Made by a program: the position numbers and the translations under genes | The notes under the pieces: model-generated | Database searches by the model: none | Seen by the model: only the letters and a program-made list of their open reading frames with translations | Told to the model about the DNA's origin: nothing | Shown: positions 15,511 to 23,360 of the stretch, piece by piece | Layout: the number at the start of each line of letters is the position of its first letter | Position numbering within the stretch: the stretch's first letter is position 1 | Origin: Marine Group I thaumarchaeote | Lineage (GTDB): Archaea; Thermoproteota; Nitrososphaeria; Nitrososphaerales; Nitrosopumilaceae | DNA length: 28,412 bases | Assembly: GCA_013390375.1 (NCBI GenBank) | Contig: JACATA010000007.1 | Span: 1 to 28,412 of the forward strand | Direction of reading: 5' to 3'

Positions 15511-16226
15511 TGGGTTCAATAGCAGGTAGCAAAAAACTAAAGCGGCAAATGGCCCCTATGTTTTGGGGAATAAATAGAAAAGAGAAAAGATTTGTTATTA
15601 CGGTTAGACCTGGGTCGCATCCAAAAAATAATTCAATACCTACTGCAGTTTTATTGCGTGATACATTAAAAAAAGTAAAAACACTAAGAGAGGCTAAATC
15701 TTCAATATATGGTGGTAAAGTAAAAGTTGATGGTATTATACAAAAATCTCTTCACCATTCGATTGGTTTAATGGATGTAGTAGAATTGGAAGGAATCACA
15801 GATGTGTATAGATTAGTTCCTTATAATAGACATCTACTTGAACCAATAAAAATTAATGCTGCGGAAAAATCTAAAAAACTTGTTAAAGTAAAAAGTAAAA
15901 CAACTATCAAAGGTGGAAAAACACAGCTAGGCTTTCATGATGGAAGAACAATAATTACTGATATAAATGCAAATATTGATGACACATGTCTATTACAAAT
16001 TCCTGAACAAAAAATTTTGGATGTGATTAAGTTTGAAAAAAATTCTCAAGTAATTGTAACAAGTGGAATAAACGCTGGACGTATTGGGCTTATTAATGAA
16101 ATTAAACAGGGTACATTCACATTACCAAAAAGAATCAGCCTTCTCATTGATGATAAAACGATTGAAATCCCTGCAAATATTACTATGGTTGTTGGAAAAG
16201 AAAAACCAGTAATACAAATTATGTGA
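15510..16226 (+). CDS. rps4e: 30S ribosomal protein S4e
   Basis: GSKKLKRQMAPMFWGINRKEKRFVITVRPGSH N-terminus is typical of S4e. Confidence 0.93.
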   Translation: MGSIAGSKKLKRQMAPMFWGINRKEKRFVITVRPGSHPKNNSIPTAVLLRDTLKKVKTLREAKSSIYGGKVKVDGIIQKSLHHSIGLMDVVELEGITDVYRLVPYNRHLLEPIKINAAEKSKKLVKVKSKTTIKGGKTQLGFHDGRTIITDINANIDDTCLLQIPEQKILDVIKFEKNSQVIVTSGINAGRIGLINEIKQGTFTLPKRISLLIDDKTIEIPANITMVVGKEKPVIQIM

Positions 16227-16230
16227 TAAT

Positions 16231-16752
16231 ATGTCTCAACAAACTCAAAATTTAATGAAAAAAATTTCGCTTGCTAAGGTAGTCTTAAACATGGGAGTTG
16301 GACAGTCTGGTGATCCAATTGAAATAGGAAAAAAAGCTTTAGAACAAATTACTGGAAAAAAACCAAATGCGCGGAATGCAAAAAAATCACAAAGAGATTG
16401 GGGTGTCAGAAAGGGAGAACCTATTGGTGTTGCTGTAACTGTTAGAGGTAATGATGCAACAAAATTATTAAAAAGACTGTTAGCAGCAAAAGACAATCAA
16501 ATCATGGAAAGATCAATTGATAACGAAGGAAATTTATCATTTGGATTAAAGGAATACATTGACATTCCTGAAATAAAGTATGATCCTAAGATAGGTATTC
16601 TAGGCTTAGAAGTATCAGTATCATTAGCAAGACCTGGATTTAATATTAAACTTAGAAGTAGGCGTAAAACAAAGGTTGGTAAAAATCATAGAATAACAAA
16701 AAATGAAACGATTAAATTTTTAACTGAAGAATTTGGGGTGCAAATTGTATAA
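16231..16752 (+). CDS. rpl5: 50S ribosomal protein L5
   Basis: L5-like sequence ([12 protein letters not shown]..., [12 protein letters not shown]) and conserved position. Confidence 0.93.
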   Translation: MSQQTQNLMKKISLAKVVLNMGVGQSGDPIEIGKKALEQITGKKPNARNAKKSQRDWGVRKGEPIGVAVTVRGNDATKLLKRLLAAKDNQIMERSIDNEGNLSFGLKEYIDIPEIKYDPKIGILGLEVSVSLARPGFNIKLRSRRKTKVGKNHRITKNETIKFLTEEFGVQIV

Positions 16753-16946
16753 TGCCTAAAGATAGATCATATGGAGACCGTGGAACCGGTTATACGCCAA
16801 GACTTGAACATAAATTTGGAAGAGGTTCTAAGTGGTGTAAAAGATGTGGTGATTATACAGCCGTTATTCAAAAGTATAAACTATACTTATGTAGACGTTG
16901 TTTTAGAGAAGTAGCAATCTCTTTAGGATTTAAAAAAAATGGATAG
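16752..16946 (+). CDS. rps14: 30S ribosomal protein S14 (zinc-binding type)
   Basis: CKRCGD...CRRCFRE CxxC pairs and conserved position. Confidence 0.9.
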   Translation: MPKDRSYGDRGTGYTPRLEHKFGRGSKWCKRCGDYTAVIQKYKLYLCRRCFREVAISLGFKKNG

Positions 16947-16953
16947 ATGAAAT

Positions 16954-17346
16954 ATGCCAACAACTAATATTCTAGCAAATCTGTTTACAACATTATTTAA
17001 TACAGAAGATCGAAGAAAAAATAGTTGTATTGTTGTACCAACTTCAAAGCTTGGGTTGGAAGTACTCAAAACGCTAAAAAACGAAGGGTATATTGTAGAA
17101 TTTGAACATATTGACGATAATCGAGGTGGAAAATTTAAGATCCAACTTTCAGCAAAAATTACTAAGTGTGGAACAATTACACCGAGATTTAAAGTAAAAA
17201 AAGACGAATACAACATTTGGGAACAACAATTTCTTCCAGCATACAACAGAGGAATGTTACTTGTAACCACAAATCAGGGTGTGATGTCACATAAAGAAGC
17301 TGCGAATAAAGGTATTGGAGGATTTTTGATAGGATATGTCTACTAA
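16954..17346 (+). CDS. rps8: 30S ribosomal protein S8
   Basis: S8-like sequence (LANLFTTLFNTEDRRK, GGFLIGYVY C-terminus) and conserved position. Confidence 0.92.
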   Translation: MPTTNILANLFTTLFNTEDRRKNSCIVVPTSKLGLEVLKTLKNEGYIVEFEHIDDNRGGKFKIQLSAKITKCGTITPRFKVKKDEYNIWEQQFLPAYNRGMLLVTTNQGVMSHKEAANKGIGGFLIGYVY

Positions 17347-17893
17347 ACAAATAGAAAAATCCACAACAGAAATTCAAATACCTAAAGATGTTAAAGTTAA
17401 TTTAAAGGGCAGTATGTTGCAGGTCCAAGGACCATTGGGTAAAGTGTATAAAAATTTCAAGAAAATTCCTGTTCTTATTCAAATAAATGATAACAAAATA
17501 CTTCTTAGGAAAACAGGTGAACGAAAAAAACATCAAGCCATACTTAATACCGCTAAATCATTAATCCAAACACTTTGTACAGGTGTTGTAGATGGATTTA
17601 CGATAAAAATGAAAATTGTTTATTCACATTTTCCTGTCACTGTTAAAGTAGAAGCTAAAAAAGTTTTGATTAAAAATTTTCAAGGAGAAAGAGCACCAAG
17701 AATTTCTATGATAAAAGGAGACACAAAGGTTGTTGTAAAGGGAGATGATGTTATAATAACAGGACCAGTTTTGACAGATGTTTCACAAACAGCTGCAAAT
17801 ATTCAATTAAAATCTAAGGTAAAGAATAAAGATCATCGTGTATTTCTAGATGGGATTTATAGGTATTCCAAATCAAAAGGAATCGAAGAATAA
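17336..17893 (+). CDS. rpl6: 50S ribosomal protein L6
   Basis: Two-domain L6-like sequence (IQIPKDVKVNLKGSMLQVQGPLGK). Last r-protein gene before the tRNA. Confidence 0.92.
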   Translation: MSTKQIEKSTTEIQIPKDVKVNLKGSMLQVQGPLGKVYKNFKKIPVLIQINDNKILLRKTGERKKHQAILNTAKSLIQTLCTGVVDGFTIKMKIVYSHFPVTVKVEAKKVLIKNFQGERAPRISMIKGDTKVVVKGDDVIITGPVLTDVSQTAANIQLKSKVKNKDHRVFLDGIYRYSKSKGIEE

Positions 17894-17958
17894 TACAATA
17901 TATCGTTTCTTATGTTGATCATAAGGATTAAATCGCTTTTGACTTGGTAAAAATTTAT

Positions 17959-18032
17959 GCCGCCCTAGCTCAGCGTGGTAGAGCGTCGGACTGTTAATCC
18001 GTTGGTCGTCAGTTCAAGTCTGACGGGCGGCG
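17959..18032 (+). tRNA. tRNA-Asn (anticodon GTT), 74 nt, no intron, CCA not encoded
   Basis: Hand-folded cloverleaf. Acceptor GCCGCCC/GGGCGGC, D stem GCTC/GAGC, anticodon loop CTGTTAA, T arm GTCAG-TTCAAGT-CTGAC, 5-nt variable loop. One U-U at the top of the anticodon stem. Confidence 0.93.
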
Positions 18033-18035
18033 CAT

Positions 18036-18060
18036 ATATTTCTAAATTCGAATTTAGAAA
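18036..18060. repeat. palindromic element, copy 1 (atatttctaaattcgaatttagaaa; 22-nt perfect palindrome core)
   Basis: Starts 3 nt after the tRNA discriminator base. An identical 25-mer recurs at 19390..19414. Could form a hairpin (terminator or processing signal) or be a protein-binding site. Confidence 0.85.
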
Positions 18061-18151
18061 CATTGATCGATTAAACCTAAATGGTGTATCGAATTAGACT
18101 GTAACGATCTAATAGATGATCGCATATTAGTAGTAATGCAGGAGGTCTACA

Positions 18152-18406
18152 ATGGCCAGAACTAAACGAGCAAATAGATACTGTGTTGATTGTGGTTCCA
18201 GGCTAGTTTACTACCCACGATTATCAAACCCGAAGGCTCCTAATGAATATAGAGTACTAGTTTATGCTTGTCCTGACTGTAGTAATGACTTTGATAGGCC
18301 AAAAATGTTCTCAATAAAAAGAAATCAAGTTGAAAATCCACTTGAAACAGTGGAAATTGAGATAAAACAAGTGCAAAAACAACTTCAAAATAATCCAAAA
18401 AAATAA
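18152..18406 (+). CDS. hypothetical zinc-ribbon protein, 84 aa
   Basis: CVDCGS...CPDCSN CxxC pairs. A strong SD-like GGAGGT lies 7 nt upstream of the ATG. Confidence 0.65.
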   Translation: MARTKRANRYCVDCGSRLVYYPRLSNPKAPNEYRVLVYACPDCSNDFDRPKMFSIKRNQVENPLETVEIEIKQVQKQLQNNPKK

Positions 18407-18416
18407 CAGAGTATAC

Positions 18417-18641
18417 TTGGAACCTGAAAGACAAAGAAGTAATTGGTGGTATCTTGTACCAATTTTTTTAGGATTGATAGGAGGGATCATAGCATATTTT
18501 GCGTTAAGAAATGATGATCGTAGAAAGGCAAAAAATTGCCTTTTTCTTGGAATAATCCTTGGAGCTATAGGAATAATTGTTAATCTGCTGTTTTTGACTT
18601 CAGAAATTCCAATTGAAAAGCAGTTTGGTGTAAATTTATGA
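18417..18641 (+). CDS. hypothetical small membrane protein, two TM helices, 74 aa
   Basis: SNWWYLVPIFLGLIGGIIAYFALRNDDRRKAKNCLFLGIILGAIGIIV. I recall this motif from archaeal small membrane or Zn-ribbon-fused proteins (from memory, unverified). TTG start. Confidence 0.6.
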   Translation: MEPERQRSNWWYLVPIFLGLIGGIIAYFALRNDDRRKAKNCLFLGIILGAIGIIVNLLFLTSEIPIEKQFGVNL

Positions 18642-18680
18642 AAATTTTTAAAATAATAACATAGTAGGTGATATATTCGA

Positions 18681-18872
18681 TTTCATGCGTAAATGCTCAA
18701 CCCCACCTATAGATCAAGTGATTTACGAACAACATGATTTTTTCAAAAACAGTGATTTTAGCGGGGGGTTGAACATTTATGCGTAAATATACGATCCAAC
18801 ACTCAAAAGACCCTGCTAGGCCATCCACAAACCGATCATCATTTTTTACTAAGCACAAACATTCAACCCCCC
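18681..18872. repeat. three copies of a ~24-nt G-run/C-run element in alternating orientation within a 340-nt non-coding region
   Basis: Copies are 18681..18704 (reverse), 18765..18788 (forward, ggggttgaacatttatgcgtaaat) and 18847..18870 (reverse). Core GGGGTTGA is in all three. The last copy is followed by T6 at 18873..18878. Confidence 0.6.
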
Positions 18873-18985
18873 TTTTTTGTGAAAAAAACGTGATCGAAGA
18901 TGAAAATTTTGTCAAAAAAAGACTGTAATTAACCAAAAATTCGTGACAAGCAGTACATAAGACACAATGTTTTAGGGGAAAATTA

Positions 18986-19315
18986 ATGGCTATTTCAAAA
19001 GCAAAACGTAGTGCTGCTGCAAAAAAGGCAGCACGAACTAGAAAGAGAAACGCTGCAGCCAAGAAAGCTAAGCGAACAACGGCCGCAAGAAAGAGAAAAC
19101 GCGGCGGCGCCAAGAAGAAAGGTGGCGCCAAGAAACGCGGCGGCGGCGGTAAGAAACGCGGCGGCGGCGGTAAGAAACGCGGCGGCGGCGGTAAGAAACG
19201 CGGCGGCGGCGGTAAGAAACGCGGCGGCGCTAAGAGAAAAGCACCTAAGAGAAAAGGCGGCGCTAAGAGAAAAGCACCTAAGAGAAAAGGCGGCGCTAAG
19301 AAGCGAAAAAGATAA
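18986..19315 (+). CDS. hyper-basic low-complexity repeat protein, 109 aa (K/R/G/A-rich; histone-H1/protamine-like composition)
   Basis: ATG with SD-like AGGGGA about 8 nt upstream and a T-rich tract downstream. Contains only M,A,I,S,K,R,T,N,G,P. KKRGGGG x4 and KRKAPKRKGGA x2. The region is open in three frames; this frame is chosen on start and terminator context. Confidence 0.65.
   Translation: MAISKAKRSAAAKKAARTRKRNAAAKKAKRTTAARKRKRGGAKKKGGAKKRGGGGKKRGGGGKKRGGGGKKRGGGGKKRGGAKRKAPKRKGGAKRKAPKRKGGAKKRKR
19130..19231 (+). repeat. perfect 21-nt tandem repeat, 4 full copies plus a partial fifth
   Basis: aagaaacgcggcggcggcggt occurs at 19130, 19151, 19172 and 19193, followed by aagaaacgcggcggcgct. 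In frame (KKRGGGG). Confidence 0.95.
19232..19297 (+). repeat. perfect 33-nt tandem repeat, 2 copies
   Basis: aagagaaaagcacctaagagaaaaggcggcgct occurs at 19232 and 19265. In frame (KRKAPKRKGGA). Confidence 0.95.
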
Positions 19316-19339
19316 GCAATCTTTGACGTTGATAGCCCC

Positions 19340-19353
19340 TTTTTTATTTTTTT
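19340..19353 (+). terminator. oligo-T tract (TTTTTTATTTTTTT), candidate archaeal terminator
   Basis: Lies 25 nt after the stop of 18986..19315. Archaeal termination commonly uses T-runs. Confidence 0.45.
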
Positions 19354-19388
19354 AATTAAACCTAAGAAGACTTACTGCATTAACATGT

Positions 19389-19418
19389 AATATTTCTAAA
19401 TTCGAATTTAGAAATATT
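19389..19418. repeat. palindromic element, copy 2 (30-nt perfect palindrome aatatttctaaattcgaatttagaaatatt)
   Basis: Contains the same 25-mer as 18036..18060. Sits between the convergent genes 18986..19315 (+) and 19426..19833 (-). Confidence 0.85.
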
Positions 19419-19425
19419 GTAAATC

Positions 19426-19833
19426 TTACCCTTGATTCATGTTAATTGAAGGCAAAATGTATACATGCCCAGGCTTAATTTTGAAGATTATACGTTTTTC
19501 ATTAATTCTTTTAAATGGATATTTTTCCAAATTCATGTATTTCTTGGCCAATTGATCAGCATGAGTATAATCATAATCTGGAATAATTTCTATGACTGTG
19601 CCCCTAATGGTAGTCATATCAAGAGGATTATCATGCGCCACTACACATACTGCTACACGTGAATCATGTAATACGTTTCTATGTTTTATTCTGCCTTCAG
19701 CAGTATTTACCAAAATATGACCATCCTGGTAATCACCCCAAACAGGGGTAAGTTGAGGGGAACCATCTAAATTGATTGTTGCAATAAAAATAAGATTTTT
19801 TTCCTGAAATAACCTCTCGACTTTTTGATCCAT
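19426..19833 (-). CDS. pyridoxamine 5'-phosphate oxidase-like FMN-binding protein
   Basis: Split-barrel PNPOx-like pattern (LIFIATINLDGSPQLTPVWGDYQDGHILVNTAEGRIKHRNVLHDSRVAV). Confidence 0.75.
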   Translation of the reverse strand: MDQKVERLFQEKNLIFIATINLDGSPQLTPVWGDYQDGHILVNTAEGRIKHRNVLHDSRVAVCVVAHDNPLDMTTIRGTVIEIIPDYDYTHADQLAKKYMNLEKYPFKRINEKRIIFKIKPGHVYILPSINMNQG

Positions 19834-19883
19834 AAATTAGTTAAAAAAATCTAGTATTTATTCGAGTATTTTTTTAGATCAAT

Positions 19884-20300
19884 ATGAAAATCGAGATTCC
19901 ATTCAGTGGCCATAAAAATATACTTTCATTACACAAAAAGACCATAGAAATCACAAAGGATAATGAATTGACCGTTAATGGTGATTGCATTGTTGGCACA
20001 AATTCTAGCCTGGCCTGCATAGATCTACCAGAAAAATTCAAAAAAAAGATACAAAACCCGGATACAACGATTGTGTTTACTATTGTAGCTGATGACTATT
20101 CTTTTTCAATACACGGAAAGGGATCAGAAAAACTAACGCTAAAACATCCAAATGACATAGTATTACGTAAAAGTGCATTCACATGTTCTAGAACCATTGC
20201 TATAAAATGCGACAAAGCTTCAGACGATATACCAAGAGAGATGATAAAAAAACTTCAAAACCCAAAAACTAGTGGAAAATTAGTTATAGAAATAAAATAA
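19884..20300 (+). CDS. DUF371 domain protein
   Basis: GHKNILSLHKKTIEITKDNELTVNGDCIVG resembles the DUF371 N-terminal signature. Size fits the family. Confidence 0.7.
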   Translation: MKIEIPFSGHKNILSLHKKTIEITKDNELTVNGDCIVGTNSSLACIDLPEKFKKKIQNPDTTIVFTIVADDYSFSIHGKGSEKLTLKHPNDIVLRKSAFTCSRTIAIKCDKASDDIPREMIKKLQNPKTSGKLVIEIK

Positions 20301-20795
20301 TTACTTTTTTTCTAACAAATTAGTCATAGCTCTATTGATAATTTCCATAATGATGAAGTTGTTGTAATTAATTTGTTGTATTTTACGTGTTTTCAAAAAA
20401 TTTTTTGAAATTAGACTGACTAATTTATTGAGCTTTAACGATGTTTTTGATATAAGATTTGAATAATTTTTATCAAAATCTGATGGTAATGTAAAATCTA
20501 AAAGTTTAGTAGAAGAGCCATAATATTTTGTTATTGCACCTCGAGCTTCTTCAATTTTGACTATTTCAATTAGGCCAGAATCTTTAAGGATTTCAACATG
20601 ATGACGTATTGTTGTAACCGCTTTTTTGTAACCGAATTTTTTAAGACGACGGGTAATTTGTTCTACATTCAATTGTTTTTTATGCAACAATTGTACAATT
20701 TTTCCTCTAATTGGATCATTAAGTGCTTTGAATACATCATAATTCGCTAACATAATCCTGTCAATCGTTATCACTCTCTCCATCAATATTGACAT
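20301..20795 (-). CDS. ArsR-family winged-helix transcriptional regulator with C-terminal extension
   Basis: FKALNDPIRGKIVQLLHKKQLNVEQITRRL...TIRHHVEILKDSGLIE is a typical ArsR HTH. The start could be an internal Met. Confidence 0.8.
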   Translation of the reverse strand: MSILMERVITIDRIMLANYDVFKALNDPIRGKIVQLLHKKQLNVEQITRRLKKFGYKKAVTTIRHHVEILKDSGLIEIVKIEEARGAITKYYGSSTKLLDFTLPSDFDKNYSNLISKTSLKLNKLVSLISKNFLKTRKIQQINYNNFIIMEIINRAMTNLLEKK

Positions 20796-20811
20796 GTATT
20801 ACGTAGAGAAC

Positions 20812-20858
20812 TATTGCTAAAAGAGAGTTATGTTTATGTTTATTAACCATTAGCAATA
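20812..20858. promoter_or_regulatory. inverted repeat TATTGCTAA-N29-TTAGCAATA upstream of the ArsR-type gene
   Basis: 9-nt perfect arms, 17-63 nt upstream of the annotated start at 20795. Confidence 0.3.
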
Positions 20859-20890
20859 ATTTGTTAATGCTACTAATATTATCATTATAC

Positions 20891-20906
20891 TACTAATATA
20901 TTAGTA
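20891..20906. promoter_or_regulatory. 16-nt perfect palindrome TACTAATATATTAGTA (candidate operator)
   Basis: Perfect palindrome. An extra half-site TACTAATAT lies at 20871..20879. Located between the purC stop and the ArsR-type gene start. Confidence 0.35.
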
Positions 20907-20938
20907 ACGGTTAAAAGTTTTAAAAAATAAAAATTGGG

Positions 20939-21763
20939 CTAAAGCGTATTGTCAGTTAGCCGCTCATAAGCGGTAACATAACGCTGAGTCATTTTAGAAA
21001 CCAAGTCAAACGGAATAGAAGGAGCAATAGGTTCATCACCGCTTGAACGCGCATCATCAAATTTTTTCTGATAGCCGTTTTCAGTCAACCAATCACGCAA
21101 AAGTTGTTTATCGTATGCTTCTTGTGTTTCGCCAATTTTGAATGCATCTTTGGGCCATAAGCGAAATTCATCAGGACCAATTGAATCAGCCAAAATTATT
21201 TCGTTATTTAATTTTCCAAATTCTAACTTTAGATCCGCTAGAATGAATCCAGCATTATCAGCAATCCGAGCCATTTTTTCATAGATTTTGATTGACTCTT
21301 CTGATAGCCAATCATATTCATCGTTAGTAACAAGTTTCTGCGAAATTGCTTCTTCCTTATTTACTGGCATGTCATGTGTTGATTTAGTAGTTGGATCAAA
21401 AATTGGGCTTGGCAATTTAGCAGCAAGATCTGTTTGTGTACCATCTTCTAATGAAATTTTCCCATCCTTCCATCGTGAAACTAAACTACCATAAAAATAA
21501 CCGCGCACAACACATTCAATTGGAAGCATATTGAGTTTTCTTACTACAATTTCTGTATCTGACTTTCTTTCTACAAAATGATTAGGCACACAAAGTTTCT
21601 TAAACCAATATTCAGCAAATTTGCAAAGAACTTCCCCTTTTTTTGGTATTTCATCTTTAAATTTTACATCATATGCAGAAACACGGTTACTAAATTTGAA
21701 TAGTAATTTTCCATCTTCAAGTTCATAAACGTCTTTAACTTTACCAGAGGTTAAAAATTTCAA
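20939..21763 (-). CDS. purC: phosphoribosylaminoimidazole-succinocarboxamide (SAICAR) synthase
   Basis: [27 protein letters not shown]... is a typical PurC N-terminus. TTG start. Confidence 0.93.
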   Translation of the reverse strand: MKFLTSGKVKDVYELEDGKLLFKFSNRVSAYDVKFKDEIPKKGEVLCKFAEYWFKKLCVPNHFVERKSDTEIVVRKLNMLPIECVVRGYFYGSLVSRWKDGKISLEDGTQTDLAAKLPSPIFDPTTKSTHDMPVNKEEAISQKLVTNDEYDWLSEESIKIYEKMARIADNAGFILADLKLEFGKLNNEIILADSIGPDEFRLWPKDAFKIGETQEAYDKQLLRDWLTENGYQKKFDDARSSGDEPIAPSIPFDLVSKMTQRYVTAYERLTDNTL

Positions 21764-21804
21764 CTGTAATCAGTGTGTATTAATATTATTGCGTTATATG
21801 TAAA

Positions 21805-22224
21805 TTAAGAGCCCATCATACCCGGCATTGCAATTGGTTCTCTGTATGCTTTGTAAACATCAATACCACCATCAGCAGTTACTCTTACAAATTGCAGGCT
21901 ATTTTCCTCTGGTGGTGACAGTATGATAGTTTTACCAGGTTTTAAAGTTGGGATAAAATCCTTATCACCGTCACCATAATCGATTGTAATATTTGTTAAA
22001 GATTGACTGCCAGTGTTTTGTACTGTTACACGAGCCAAAAGAAAAAGACTCTGTTTTTCTTTGGTAGGATCAACCAAAATTGAATAATCAGAAGTTGTAG
22101 TAGAACCAGGAAATGCCATAGTAATTACTAAAATAATAACAGCTGCAGCGCCACCAATGCCACATCCTATCAAAATATTTTTTTGTGATGGAAGAGTTGG
22201 TTTTGATTTTGCTGGAAGCGTCAT
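21805..22224 (-). CDS. hypothetical membrane-anchored protein, 139 aa
   Basis: ORF track. N-terminal TM helix (ILIGCGIGGAAAVIILVITMAF) followed by a probable extracytoplasmic domain. Confidence 0.65.
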   Translation of the reverse strand: MTLPAKSKPTLPSQKNILIGCGIGGAAAVIILVITMAFPGSTTTSDYSILVDPTKEKQSLFLLARVTVQNTGSQSLTNITIDYGDGDKDFIPTLKPGKTIILSPPEENSLQFVRVTADGGIDVYKAYREPIAMPGMMGS

Positions 22225-22261
22225 TGTATTTCAATAAACATAGTGTGCTATAAGGTTGAAA

Positions 22262-22774
22262 TTAATCATAAAAATCCACAATGTTCATCATCTTTCTGGC
22301 TCCATCATTAATTGAAATAATTTCTTCTGTCTCAATATTTACATTCCAAATATACTCCCTAACATCATCATATGTCTGGAAGGTAAATTTGACCTCATAA
22401 AACCCAACATCCTTTTGTTCCCGTATATCTAGTACAGAAATTTCTAACATTGTATCCCTATGCTGAAGTATTTTTTCATTAGGATATGCATTTTCTGTTT
22501 GTGTTATTATTGTATCAAATAAATTAGAACCCTCATCATCAGCACCCTTGTACGATTTTATTATATTCCACGCAATGTTTTGTTCATCACTCTCAAAATC
22601 TGCTGGAAGTTTCTTTTCCAAATCACTTGGTGCAATCATATCAGGAACAAAAAAGACAACAAAAACAACTGCACACATAAGATAAAGAAAAGATCTCTTT
22701 TTTAGAAATTTTTTCAGATCAGATTCCTTTTTGACATTCTTGTCATCCTTGTCCGGCTTTGAATCTTCAACCAT
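22262..22774 (-). CDS. hypothetical membrane-anchored protein, 170 aa
   Basis: ORF track. Charged N-terminus, one TM helix (FLYLMCAVVFVVFFV), then a soluble domain. Confidence 0.65.
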   Translation of the reverse strand: MVEDSKPDKDDKNVKKESDLKKFLKKRSFLYLMCAVVFVVFFVPDMIAPSDLEKKLPADFESDEQNIAWNIIKSYKGADDEGSNLFDTIITQTENAYPNEKILQHRDTMLEISVLDIREQKDVGFYEVKFTFQTYDDVREYIWNVNIETEEIISINDGARKMMNIVDFYD

Positions 22775-22836
22775 GTTATGACTAATTTTGTTAAAAATAA
22801 TGCTAAAAAAACCTAACTTAAAACATGCGAAAAATA

Positions 22837-22962
22837 TTATTCCTCATTTTTCCGAATTTTTTTTGCACATTCTTGTTGCTGCTCAAAGGAATGCTCTTTA
22901 AGTGGTTTGTGGCATATTCTGCACAATGGATCTTTTGGGCTACCTGGCCCAGATTCGCTCAT
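22837..22962 (-). CDS. hypothetical Cys/His micro-protein, 41 aa (MSESGPGSPKDPLCRICHKPLKEHSFEQQQECAKKIRKNEE)
   Basis: Hand-translated ATG..TAA ORF. CRICH...H...C suggests metal binding. Confidence 0.4.
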   Translation of the reverse strand: MSESGPGSPKDPLCRICHKPLKEHSFEQQQECAKKIRKNEE

Positions 22963-23035
22963 CAATTTCGGCTAATAAATATGTCACATAATATAAAATA
23001 AACATAGATATTTGGTGATTTTTCATCCATTTAAA

Positions 23036-23194
23036 ATGGTAAAAGCAGTTTGTAGAGATTATGGTTTTGACTGTGATTTCACTTGTGAAGGTGATCTTGA
23101 TACAGTTACGGATGGTTTTGGTAAACACTGTACTGAAGAACATGGAATTGAATACCAAAAAGAAACTATAACTAAATTTATGTTAAATAAATAA
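23036..23194 (+). CDS. DUF1059-like small metal-binding protein, 52 aa
   Basis: MVKAVCRDYGFDCDFTCEGD...HCTEEHG resembles DUF1059. Track starts at TTG 23012; ATG at 23036 preferred. Confidence 0.65.
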   Translation: MVKAVCRDYGFDCDFTCEGDLDTVTDGFGKHCTEEHGIEYQKETITKFMLNK

Positions 23195-23360
23195 AAAAGA
23201 AATTAACACAATTGATAATATAATTCGGTATACCATGCCTTTTCGTGCGTGAAAAATCGGTACTAGAACTAGTTCCAGTTCTTTTCTTTATACTGTCAAA
23301 TGAGGCGTTTTTACTGTGAATGATCAAAGAGTTTGCAAAGTCGATTAGAAAAGAATCGAG

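Noticed and set aside
11278-17377. Antisense or alternative-frame track ORFs inside r-protein genes (11278..11475, 12421..12660, 13014..13214, 13833..14072, 13958..14179, 14733..14957, 15063..15260, 15303..15491, 16245..16496, 16923..17270, 17189..17377)
   Set aside because: Each lies fully within or opposite a confidently identified ribosomal protein gene and translates to low-complexity sequence, as expected for chance ORFs.
18697-19355. Track ORFs 18697..19131 (-, 144 aa, hydrophobic A/F/L low complexity) and 19011..19355 (+, AAAAVRN repeats) overlapping the basic-protein gene
   Set aside because: The GC-rich tandem repeats lack stop codons in several frames, so these are read-through artefacts. 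Only the 18986 frame has an ATG with an SD-like motif and gives a composition seen in real nucleic-acid-binding proteins. Frame choice still needs experimental confirmation.
17959-19418. Integrated mobile element at tRNA-Asn
   Set aside because: No integrase or transposase is present, and the tRNA 3' end is not duplicated at the distal boundary. The flanking repeat is a palindrome that may simply be a terminator hairpin. Kept as a finding but not called a mobile element.
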